From the sequence record DRR378314_1695: a stretch of 35,897 bases of DNA; one strand, given 5' to 3'. Positions within the stretch are counted from its first letter, which is position 1; each line of letters opens with the position of its first letter. The translations under genes and the position numbers were made by a program. A model generated the notes under the pieces. That model was given only the letters and a program-made list of their open reading frames with translations, ran no database searches and was not told the DNA's origin. Positions 8,891 through 16,929 of the stretch are shown in pieces.

Positions 8891-9319
8891 ATGGAAAAGA
8901 AAAATACGGTCACAGATAACGGGAGGAAAATTGCCCTTTTGCATTGGAAAATCCAGCAATGGAAATTGAAGTTTCAATTAATGGATGACGAAATTGTTTT
9001 TATAAAACGCCTATTGGATTCCAATGCCTTTAAGCCCAACATCCCTAACCTCTTTGAACGTCTACAGGATTTCAAAACCCGTTTGCAGGTTATCGAAAAA
9101 AGAAATGCAGCTGTAAGATCTCAAATTTCATTGCACGAAAACAATTTGGGCAATGAGTTGGATATAGCGGACAGCTCCATTAGTGCGGACGACGTTAAAA
9201 AAAATGATAGTCTTCAAGTGAACGTGGATGAATGTCAGAGGGATTACCAAAATCTGAAAAGCGAAATTTTCAATTATACCGGGAGCATTTTTATAATGAA
9301 CGAACCAGAAGGGAAATGA
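8891..9319 (+). CDS. Hypothetical all-helical protein
   Basis: 142 aa ORF with amphipathic helices, A-rich translation-initiation region and its own predicted promoter. Confidence 0.8.
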   Translation: MEKKNTVTDNGRKIALLHWKIQQWKLKFQLMDDEIVFIKRLLDSNAFKPNIPNLFERLQDFKTRLQVIEKRNAAVRSQISLHENNLGNELDIADSSISADDVKKNDSLQVNVDECQRDYQNLKSEIFNYTGSIFIMNEPEGK

Positions 9320-9327
9320 TTGCACAA

Positions 9328-9371
9328 CTGACCAACGTCATATTAATTCATCAACACATCCACTACCTTCA
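9328..9371 (+). promoter_or_regulatory. FNR/CRP-like box plus -7-like element
   Basis: CTGAC-CAAC-GTCAT (9328-9341), 22 nt spacer, TACCTTCA (9364-9371). Confidence 0.7.
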
Positions 9372-9419
9372 CAACCATTCCTGAAATTAGAAAAAACTAT
9401 TAAAACAAAGGTTTATACC

Positions 9420-10076
9420 ATGAAAAAAGCATTAATTCTACTCGCAATAGTACTAACGGGATGTTCTTCCACGAGTTTGGTGGAAAACTGGAAAAACCCG
9501 GACATTGTGCTCTTCCATGCCAATAAGGTGTTGATAGTAGGTATGGCATCAAACGAGGAAGCCAGAACGGATTTCGAAACAAGCATGCTGAAAGAGTTTA
9601 GCAAAAGAAATGTTGATGCAATGCGCAGCCTTGATGTTTTTGATGTTTCATTTACCGATACCCGTAAGACCGAAAAGGAACTTGATGATGTGGAACAAAG
9701 TCTACTGGACAAAGACTTTGATGCCATACTTTTTACCAAAGTAGTTGGTTCCGAGGACAAGGAAAGCTTTTTGAAATCCATTTCCAGATGGAACAATTAC
9801 CAAGGAAGATTTAATGACGATTATCTAAGTCACCAGGACATCTACTACGACCAGGGATATTATGATAAGTTTACGGTATACCATGCGGAGACTACACTGT
9901 ATTGTATTTGTGAAGGCAAGGAAAGGTCTATGATCTGGAGGGGAAGTATAGACATCTCCGACCCCCAAAACATACAAAAAACTATCAAAGATTACATAAA
10001 GCTAGTTGTTATGGCTATGGAGGACCAAGATCTAATTTTTATTAAAGAAGAAAAAAATGAAATTACTGGTCTATAG
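9420..10076 (+). CDS. Lipoprotein of unknown function (possibly DUF4136-like)
   Basis: Signal peptide II MKKALILLAIVLTG-C; Tyr-rich loop followed by MIWRG; family assignment from resemblance only. Confidence 0.8.
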   Translation: MKKALILLAIVLTGCSSTSLVENWKNPDIVLFHANKVLIVGMASNEEARTDFETSMLKEFSKRNVDAMRSLDVFDVSFTDTRKTEKELDDVEQSLLDKDFDAILFTKVVGSEDKESFLKSISRWNNYQGRFNDDYLSHQDIYYDQGYYDKFTVYHAETTLYCICEGKERSMIWRGSIDISDPQNIQKTIKDYIKLVVMAMEDQDLIFIKEEKNEITGL

Positions 10077-11064
10077 TGCTAAAGATTTTGAAATCCCTTT
10101 TTTAAATAACGCCAATAACAAGATCCATAAGGTAACCTATACAACAGATGCCTTAAATTCCGAGACTGCGATCCAAGCTGTTGGGCATATGGCAGTTTCC
10201 ATATTTTCCGGTGATGATGCCTCCTCTTTAGTATTGGAAAAGCTATCGGATCTGGGAGTTCGTTATATTAGCTTGCGTTCGGCTGGATACAACAACGTGC
10301 ATCTTAAAACAGCACATAAATTTGGGATTAAGGTAGCCAATGTTCCGGAGTATTCCCCCTACTCCATTGCCGAACATGCGGTAGCCCAATTACAGGCCCT
10401 CAACCGGAAGATTATTTTAGCGGATAGGCAGGTACACGCCTATAATTTTCTGCAAAGCAACCTGATGGGTTTCGATTTGAACCGAAAGACCGTAGGCATT
10501 GTCGGGACCGGTAAAATTGGCAGTGTAATGGCGAAGATCATGAACGGTTTTGGTTGCAAGATATTGGCCAATGACCTTAAACCCGATTATAGACTGGTTC
10601 AATTATATGATCTTACCTACACTTCTTTGGACGAGCTTTGCAAACAATCGGATATAATAAGCCTTCACATTCCGCTCTCCCAAGAGAACTACTATTTAAT
10701 AGACAAACAAAAATTGGCCCTAATGAAACCAGGGGTTATTTTGATAAATACGGCAAGAGGGGCCTTAGTGGAGACTAAAGCCTTGATAAATGCCCTGGAA
10801 AAAAAAGCAATTGGTGGTTACTGCACAGATGTTTATGAAAAGGAAATAGGATCGTTCTTTAAGGACAATTCTAAAGATGGAATCAAAGACACCCAATTAA
10901 TAAAGTTATTGTCCTTTCCAAATGTGCTTCTTACACCCCACCAAGGATTTATTACCAAAGAGGCCTTGACCAATATTGCCGAAGTTACCTTTGAAAATCT
11001 GAATAGCTGGGAAGAAGGTAAACCGTCCAATAACGAACTGGTCCTTGAAACCATTAGTTCATAG
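10057..11064 (+). CDS. ldhA: D-lactate dehydrogenase (D-2-hydroxyacid dehydrogenase family)
   Basis: RSAGYNNV, VPEYSPYSIAEH, GIVGTGKIG, INTARG, DVYEKE, TPHQGF. Confidence 0.88.
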   Translation: MKLLVYSAKDFEIPFLNNANNKIHKVTYTTDALNSETAIQAVGHMAVSIFSGDDASSLVLEKLSDLGVRYISLRSAGYNNVHLKTAHKFGIKVANVPEYSPYSIAEHAVAQLQALNRKIILADRQVHAYNFLQSNLMGFDLNRKTVGIVGTGKIGSVMAKIMNGFGCKILANDLKPDYRLVQLYDLTYTSLDELCKQSDIISLHIPLSQENYYLIDKQKLALMKPGVILINTARGALVETKALINALEKKAIGGYCTDVYEKEIGSFFKDNSKDGIKDTQLIKLLSFPNVLLTPHQGFITKEALTNIAEVTFENLNSWEEGKPSNNELVLETISS

Positions 11065-12471
11065 CAACGGACTAAACAATTTTCCAAAACCTTCCTTTAG
11101 CTTTTCTCCCCAGGGTCTTTTTATATGGTCTTCATAGACCAACATTCTACTTGAATATGCATCCTTAAGAAAATCTTCCTTCAATAACTGGGCAAAAGAG
11201 GTGTCATAAACAATGGCATTTACCTCATAATTCTGTTCAAAACTCCTATCATCCAAATTGGCCGTGCCTATGGTAGCTATAGCATCATCACCAACAATGA
11301 TCTTACTGTGCAAAAATCCGTCAGGAAATAAATAGATCTTCACCCCGGATTTAAGAAGGGGTTCAAAATAGGACCGCACACTCCAACTTACTATTTTGTT
11401 ATCCGCATTTTCTGAAACCATTAAACGTACATCCACACCACCCAGTGCAGCGGTCTGCAAGGCCTGCATTACAGCCTGTCCGGGAATTACATACGGATTG
11501 GTAATAAACAGATAATTCTTCGCCTTATTGATTATTGTAAAGTAGGTTTGTTCCAAAGAAGGAAAATCGTCATCAGGTCCCCCGGAAACGATTTGCACAA
11601 GTTTACCTTCATTTTTATCAATGGCAGCTTTATCCGTATCCAAGGGTAGCACAGCAATAGTCTTTTGACAAACCAGGTACCAATCCATTGCAAAAACAAA
11701 ATCCAAATGACTTGCCGCCGTACCTTCCAGTCTTAGGTGCATATCGTGCCAATTGCCCAGTTCCAGATCGCCTTTCAAATATTTATCCGATACGTTTATT
11801 CCGCCGGTAAATGCCACCTTGCCATCTACCACAATAATCTTTCTATGATTTCTATAGTTTAAGGACGAAAAAAAACGCCCGAACTTGAAAGGCAGAAAAG
11901 GATATACCTCTACCCCAATAGTTGTTAATTTTCTTAAATAGACCTTACTTAATGAAAAGCTGCCAATACCGTCATAGATCATTCTTACCTCTACCCCTTG
12001 CGCAATTTTACGCTCAAAAAGCTGCAATAGCCTTTCTGTTAGTTCCCCTTCTTCAAAAATGTAGTATTGTAGGTGTATACGGTATTGGGCGTTCTCCAAA
12101 GATTCGAAGATAGATTCGAAGGTCGTTTTTCCATCTTTCAATAGTTGCAGTTCATTACTGTCCGTTGGTGGGAAATGTGAATTTCGATAAACCAAGGTCA
12201 TGAGTTTTTGGTACTTCCCGCTCATGGATGCCATATGCTGCATTAAGGGCTCCGGCAAATTTAAGAAGGCCTTCTTTTTTAATTTCAACAACTTATTTTT
12301 TCTTCGATTTCTTCCCAAAAGAAGATAAAGGAACATCCCGCCCACGGGAATGGTAAAAATGGCCAGAAGCCAGGCCAAACTTTTTGAAGGTTTGGCACCG
12401 TGCAAAAGGATACTTATGATAATGATTAAGGCAATAAGCAAATAAAGACTAAGAAAAATAGCATTCCACAT
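11059..12471 (-). CDS. cls: Cardiolipin synthase
   Basis: N-terminal PLDc_N TM pair and two HKD motifs (NHRKIIVVDG, LHSKIIVGDD). Confidence 0.95.
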   Translation of the reverse strand: MWNAIFLSLYLLIALIIIISILLHGAKPSKSLAWLLAIFTIPVGGMFLYLLLGRNRRKNKLLKLKKKAFLNLPEPLMQHMASMSGKYQKLMTLVYRNSHFPPTDSNELQLLKDGKTTFESIFESLENAQYRIHLQYYIFEEGELTERLLQLFERKIAQGVEVRMIYDGIGSFSLSKVYLRKLTTIGVEVYPFLPFKFGRFFSSLNYRNHRKIIVVDGKVAFTGGINVSDKYLKGDLELGNWHDMHLRLEGTAASHLDFVFAMDWYLVCQKTIAVLPLDTDKAAIDKNEGKLVQIVSGGPDDDFPSLEQTYFTIINKAKNYLFITNPYVIPGQAVMQALQTAALGGVDVRLMVSENADNKIVSWSVRSYFEPLLKSGVKIYLFPDGFLHSKIIVGDDAIATIGTANLDDRSFEQNYEVNAIVYDTSFAQLLKEDFLKDAYSSRMLVYEDHIKRPWGEKLKEGFGKLFSPLL

Positions 12472-12511
12472 GTTTCCCTTTTAGTTTGTTGACTTGGATA
12501 AGTACAATGAA

Positions 12512-12554
12512 CAAATTTCGGGAATTGTTGTGTTTTAACTATGATAATTATCAG
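12512..12554 (-). promoter_or_regulatory. FNR/CRP-like box plus -7-like element upstream of cls
   Basis: Minus strand: CTGAT-AATT-ATCAT (12554-12541), 21 nt spacer, GAAATTTG (12519-12512). Confidence 0.6.
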
Positions 12555-12613
12555 CTATAGAAAGCTTTGAGCTATATATAGCTATCCTATTGTAGCAGTG
12601 AATGGTAATATAA

Positions 12614-12650
12614 AACCCTCAAAACATAAATGTTTTGTCTTGAGGATTCT
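12614..12650. terminator. Possible terminator hairpin
   Basis: CCTCAA...TTGAGG inverted repeat with A/T flanks, downstream of the minus-strand ORF ending at 12733. Confidence 0.4.
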
Positions 12651-12732
12651 TTATTGTCCTTATTATTTAGTTCCAAACATTGCTGGAAATTAGTTTTGTC
12701 CAATAATCAAAGGTTTTTATGTATTTACGGTC

Positions 12733-13284
12733 CTATGAGTGAGCAAGCTTACCTGCAATTATACCAGGGCCTTTAAAAAGCTGTGCAATAGTCTTGAAAA
12801 GACCCATAGTTTTAAAAGGCGCAAAATCGAATCGTAGAATGGCTTCCGGCGACTCCTCCCCTACAATGTCCAGTCCGTTCACTATCTCGAAGTCCAGAAA
12901 CTTAATTCCGTCCGCCCGTTCTTGATATCTATCACTATAGATAATTCTACTCCCAGTTTTGGCAAGATAGAATCTGAACGTACTGTAAGAGCCCGGTTCC
13001 AGGCTAAGGACGCTTTTGGATTTTAGAAAAAGTCCGGTATGCATACCTTTGATAGGTATGGAAGCCTGACCTGGAAAGTCTGCAATAAAATGCTCCTGTC
13101 CTCTACTATCTATAGCAGAAAACTTAGTAATGTTCAAATCCATTTCGGACACTTTCATATCCGTGGCATAGATATTCCGCAGCACCAAATCCTTTATACA
13201 TATTCCATCAGAATCCAATAGATACCTATCGGATAGCAGAGGAACCACTTGCCAAGTTTTGGGATAAAAATTCATTTTTTTCAT
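12733..13284 (-). CDS. Hypothetical protein (weak DUF4382-like resemblance)
   Basis: 183 aa ORF with LEPGSYSTFRFYL and AILRFDF; canonical TAAATTTG -7 element upstream. Confidence 0.75.
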   Translation of the reverse strand: MKKMNFYPKTWQVVPLLSDRYLLDSDGICIKDLVLRNIYATDMKVSEMDLNITKFSAIDSRGQEHFIADFPGQASIPIKGMHTGLFLKSKSVLSLEPGSYSTFRFYLAKTGSRIIYSDRYQERADGIKFLDFEIVNGLDIVGEESPEAILRFDFAPFKTMGLFKTIAQLFKGPGIIAGKLAHS

Positions 13285-13310
13285 AACGAAGTAATTAAAG
13301 AATACACTTA

Positions 13311-13318
13311 CAAATTTA
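13311..13318 (-). promoter_or_regulatory. Bacteroidota sigma-A -7 element
   Basis: TAAATTTG on the minus strand, 26 nt before the ATG at 13284. Confidence 0.55.
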
Positions 13319-13536
13319 TTGGTAGGTGTACTTTAATGAAACAGCAGGATTTTCCAATTTATATGCTATCTTAACTTCAGATTTAAAATAAATCTTAAAA
13401 AATGTTAATATCTGGGATATTACGAGCTGATCCCGTTTAGGAGCCGTGTTATAATTATACAAGGTGTATTAGTAAATAGGACAGCTTTTGGGCTTGTACA
13501 ATTAAAACTTCAAGGCCTACCTAAGTTACCGCTCTT

Positions 13537-14082
13537 CTAAAAAGTAATATTTACAAACGGAAGTATGGGGCTGGTATATACACTTTCATCTTTCTTGTAC
13601 AGTAGATTGTACTTTGCCCCAACGGATATTTTTTCGTTAATATTCCAACCTAGACCAACGAAGAGTGCAGAGTCCCAATAATCATCGGTAACTTTTCCTG
13701 TAGAGGTTTCTGTTTTGGTATTCACCTTGAGTTGGGCGAATTCCAACAAGGTAGTCAGTTGCCTGATCGGCCTATACTGGGTTATGATGTTCGCCCCGAA
13801 AGTAGTGGTATTCTGCAAATCCTTGATAGAGGTATAACTGCCTTGGATTCCACCACCCAGACTCACCTTATCGCTTACTTCATATATTAAATTTGGAGCT
13901 AAACTAATGTTGGTACCCCCAACAAAGCTCAAGCCAAACCCTAAACCGAATTTTAATCTATTTTCTGTTTTGGAAGTACTATCCACAACCGCGATATCCG
14001 TAGTCTGGCAAAATACATTATCAGTGGATAAAAACACTACAATAACCGTGGCCACGGTTAAAAAAAATCTATTTAATTTCAT
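13537..14082 (-). CDS. Small outer-membrane beta-barrel protein
   Basis: Signal peptide (MKLNRFFLTVATVIVVF), alternating Gly/aromatic beta-strands, terminal Phe (VNITF); start uncertain (14082 or 14091). Confidence 0.8.
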   Translation of the reverse strand: MKLNRFFLTVATVIVVFLSTDNVFCQTTDIAVVDSTSKTENRLKFGLGFGLSFVGGTNISLAPNLIYEVSDKVSLGGGIQGSYTSIKDLQNTTTFGANIITQYRPIRQLTTLLEFAQLKVNTKTETSTGKVTDDYWDSALFVGLGWNINEKISVGAKYNLLYKKDESVYTSPILPFVNITF

Positions 14083-14329
14083 AATGGGCATGTTAATGGT
14101 TGGCTATATTTTAAAGCTTTTTTTGCTTATTCAAGATATGGCTTTTTTTTAACATTATTCAATATTTATTTTGCCCGCAATTATAGCAAGAGGTTCCTTT
14201 TTAGTACATTTCCCTAAAATTTAATGGGTTTGACCAAGTCATTGCATATGATCCTAATGGAATTTCCTTATCGGTTGAAGTGGATCAAAGCTATAGTTAT
14301 TGTGTAAGCCTAAGGATTTTGTCATGACA

Positions 14330-14965
14330 TTAGCCGGCATTTATTAACCCAGCAGAACAATCCTCCAAAATAAACCTGTTCTCCGTTTGGCTCAAGAAAT
14401 CCCTATAATCTTTCAACTCCTTTTCAACATCTGCATTTTTCTCCATATCGTGAAAGTGATGGGTCGCAAGTCTTTCCAATCCGGCAAAGGCATTCATTCT
14501 ATGAAATCCAAACATTACCCCATCATCTACGGATGTCTCATTAAAGAACTCCCCTTCCAAGGTAAATGCCTCCTTTGGTGCATTCCAGCTTGTAGTTAAA
14601 ATATACTTTTTACCTTTTAAAAGTCCACCGGTACCGTAATTAATGGCCGGATTCTTACTACTTCTTCCATCACTGTGGTAAATACCATTTTGGTGTCCGT
14701 AAGTAAAAACCTCGTCAATATACTTTTTAAAGCCAAAAGGCAATTGAAACCACCAAATAGGAGAATGGTATATAATTAAATCTGCCCATTTAAACTTTTC
14801 CACTTCCGCTTTGGAATCGTAATTTTCCCCTACCTGTGTAGATTTTACAGCGTACCCTTCCAAGGATTGGAAGTGCGCAATAGTTGTATTGAACAAAGTC
14901 TCATTAAACCTGCCTCCTGAATGCGCAAATGGGTGTCCCCCATTAATAATAAATATCTTTTTCAT
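14330..14965 (-). CDS. mdaB: NAD(P)H:quinone oxidoreductase, MdaB family
   Basis: MKKIFIINGG..FAHSGGRFN, PIWWFQLP..FKKYIDEVF, DGRS, YGTGGLL.GKKY, SWNAP; start moved to 14965. Confidence 0.88.
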   Translation of the reverse strand: MKKIFIINGGHPFAHSGGRFNETLFNTTIAHFQSLEGYAVKSTQVGENYDSKAEVEKFKWADLIIYHSPIWWFQLPFGFKKYIDEVFTYGHQNGIYHSDGRSSKNPAINYGTGGLLKGKKYILTTSWNAPKEAFTLEGEFFNETSVDDGVMFGFHRMNAFAGLERLATHHFHDMEKNADVEKELKDYRDFLSQTENRFILEDCSAGLINAG

Positions 14966-15019
14966 GCTTACCATTTTAATTATGGTGTAAAAATAATAGG
15001 AATACATGTATATTAAAAA

Positions 15020-15044
15020 TAATACAAATTATACCTTTGTATTA
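15020..15044. promoter_or_regulatory. Inverted repeat in the mdaB/LysR divergent promoter
   Basis: TAATACAAA-N7-TTTGTATTA overlapping the -7 element TACCTTTG (15032-15039). Confidence 0.5.
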
Positions 15045-15058
15045 AAATTTTAATGGTT

Positions 15059-15970
15059 ATGGTAAATTTGGAATGGTATAGGACCTTTAAAGAGATCTAT
15101 GAAAACGGAACCTTAACAAAGGCTTCCGTAGCCTTATATGCTTCGCAACCCGGAGTAAGTGTTCATTTAAATGCCCTGGAAGCCTACGTGGGCAAAAAAC
15201 TTTTTGAACGTACCTCAAGGAAAATGATCCCAACCGAGGAAGGCAAATTTCTCTACGAGTACATTATAGACCCTATTAATGTATTGGAGATAGCGGAACA
15301 ACATTTTAAAAAAACAACGCAGGAGAAAAATCCTTCATTACATATTGGCATGTGTTCTGAAACCTTTCAAATGATCATAGAGCCAGAAGTACCAAAATTA
15401 GAATTCGATCTAGTGGCAAAATTTGGAAACCATATGGACTTGATAAAAGACTTGAACAATGGTATATTGGATTTGGTAATAACTCCAAAAAAACAAACCA
15501 ACAAAACAACTTTGGTCAACTACACTCCTTTTTCCAAGGAAAGTATTGTATTGGTTGCCGGAAAACGAACAGACACCTTCAAAATAGAAGATCGGCTAAA
15601 AAAAGGGGACCTACAGACAGTGGAACAAGAGCTTTTGCAACACAGGTGGTATAGTGCTTCAAATGAAATGGAACACTTTAGGAAATTTTGGTATAAAAAC
15701 TTTAACAAACGTCCCACTTTTAAGCCTAATTACATCTTGCCAAGTATAAATTCGATCATCAGATGTTTGAGCAATGAAAATGGATTGGCTCTGGTTCCCG
15801 ATTTTCTTTGTAAGGATGCCATTGCTTCCAATGAGATTAAATTGGTCTGGGAAGGTAACACCCCTACTGAAAACACCCTCTATTTTGCCTCTAGGACCGA
15901 CTTAAAATACAAAAAGGAATTGGCCATCCTACAGGACATTTTTATATCTAAAATGACAAGTGAATTTTAA
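15059..15970 (+). CDS. LysR family transcriptional regulator
   Basis: HTH GTLTKASVALYASQPGVS..LE...LFERTSRKMIPTEEG; divergent from mdaB; start 15053 or 15059. Confidence 0.93.
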   Translation: MVNLEWYRTFKEIYENGTLTKASVALYASQPGVSVHLNALEAYVGKKLFERTSRKMIPTEEGKFLYEYIIDPINVLEIAEQHFKKTTQEKNPSLHIGMCSETFQMIIEPEVPKLEFDLVAKFGNHMDLIKDLNNGILDLVITPKKQTNKTTLVNYTPFSKESIVLVAGKRTDTFKIEDRLKKGDLQTVEQELLQHRWYSASNEMEHFRKFWYKNFNKRPTFKPNYILPSINSIIRCLSNENGLALVPDFLCKDAIASNEIKLVWEGNTPTENTLYFASRTDLKYKKELAILQDIFISKMTSEF

Positions 15971-16067
15971 GAATATTCAAAAAACACCTAAGCCTATTCA
16001 CTTTTCTTTGAACTATATCCACCCTATAACAACTATTTAAAGCAATGTGGGATTTGATGAAATAACA

Positions 16068-16075
16068 TATATTTG
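16068..16075 (+). promoter_or_regulatory. Bacteroidota sigma-A -7 element
   Basis: TATATTTG 39 nt upstream of the ATG at 16115. Confidence 0.5.
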
Positions 16076-16114
16076 AAAATACAGAAGGGAAAACTAAATT
16101 GATTTAGTTAAACT

Positions 16115-16921
16115 ATGAAATTAAAGAATCAAGAGCTAAAAGATAAATTAATTGGATCGAGCCTACTTTGGCGCCATAGACCTGTTAAGAATCATGTTAT
16201 TGACGAAATCAAGAACGGTTATATATATTTTAGCAGACCCGATCAACTTAATGACCCATACGATTGTTTTCCTGGTTTAATTAAAATGAAAGATGACCCG
16301 ATTACTATTAAAAAATACATTCAGAAGCATTACCCGGGAGATTCCAGAGCAGAAAGGAGGAGACAGGCCAAGGAACTTGCTAAAACTGATGGCGTACATA
16401 TACTCGAGGAGATTAATTCAAATCAAATTCAAAATATTGGAGTTGCTTCTTTCACAATAAATTGCAGTAACCTTATGATGTGGTCACATTACTCGGATTT
16501 TCATCAAGGAATATGCATGGGATATAATGGAACATTAGACAAAGATTACTTTAATTCGTGGCCGGTAAAATATGTTCAAAAAGATGAGAGTTTTGAAGTA
16601 ATGGAATTCGATCCAAGTGACCATGACCAATTTGCAAAAGGAATGAGTCATTTGGTTAGTGTTAAGTCGTTTCTGTGGCAAATGGAATATGAACAAAGAA
16701 TTATTAAAGTGAAAAGCGGGAAATATAAGTTTGCTCCAAACGCATTAGAATTTATTGTTCTTGGCTCCAAAATATCAACTGAATTTCAAAATGAAGTTCT
16801 GAATGCTATACATGAAAATGGGTCATACAGTAACCTAAGTGTTTATAGTTTACGGCCTTCTAGTAAAAATGTATTTGGAATGAATTTTACCAAGGTCACT
16901 CCACAAACCAGTAACAACTAA
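16115..16921 (+). CDS. DUF2971 domain-containing protein
   Basis: LNDPYD, MWSHYSDFHQGICMGY, VKY, KS..WQMEYEQR, IVLGSK motifs. Confidence 0.85.
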   Translation: MKLKNQELKDKLIGSSLLWRHRPVKNHVIDEIKNGYIYFSRPDQLNDPYDCFPGLIKMKDDPITIKKYIQKHYPGDSRAERRRQAKELAKTDGVHILEEINSNQIQNIGVASFTINCSNLMMWSHYSDFHQGICMGYNGTLDKDYFNSWPVKYVQKDESFEVMEFDPSDHDQFAKGMSHLVSVKSFLWQMEYEQRIIKVKSGKYKFAPNALEFIVLGSKISTEFQNEVLNAIHENGSYSNLSVYSLRPSSKNVFGMNFTKVTPQTSNN

Positions 16922-16929
16922 TAAATAAA

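Noticed and set aside
12554-12584. Clustered AGCTATA short repeats
   Set aside because: Too short and low-complexity to support a function
14230-14242. TTGAC-CAA-GTCAT box-like sequence
   Set aside because: Spacer is 3 nt rather than 4, and no correctly spaced -7 element or adjacent start was seen
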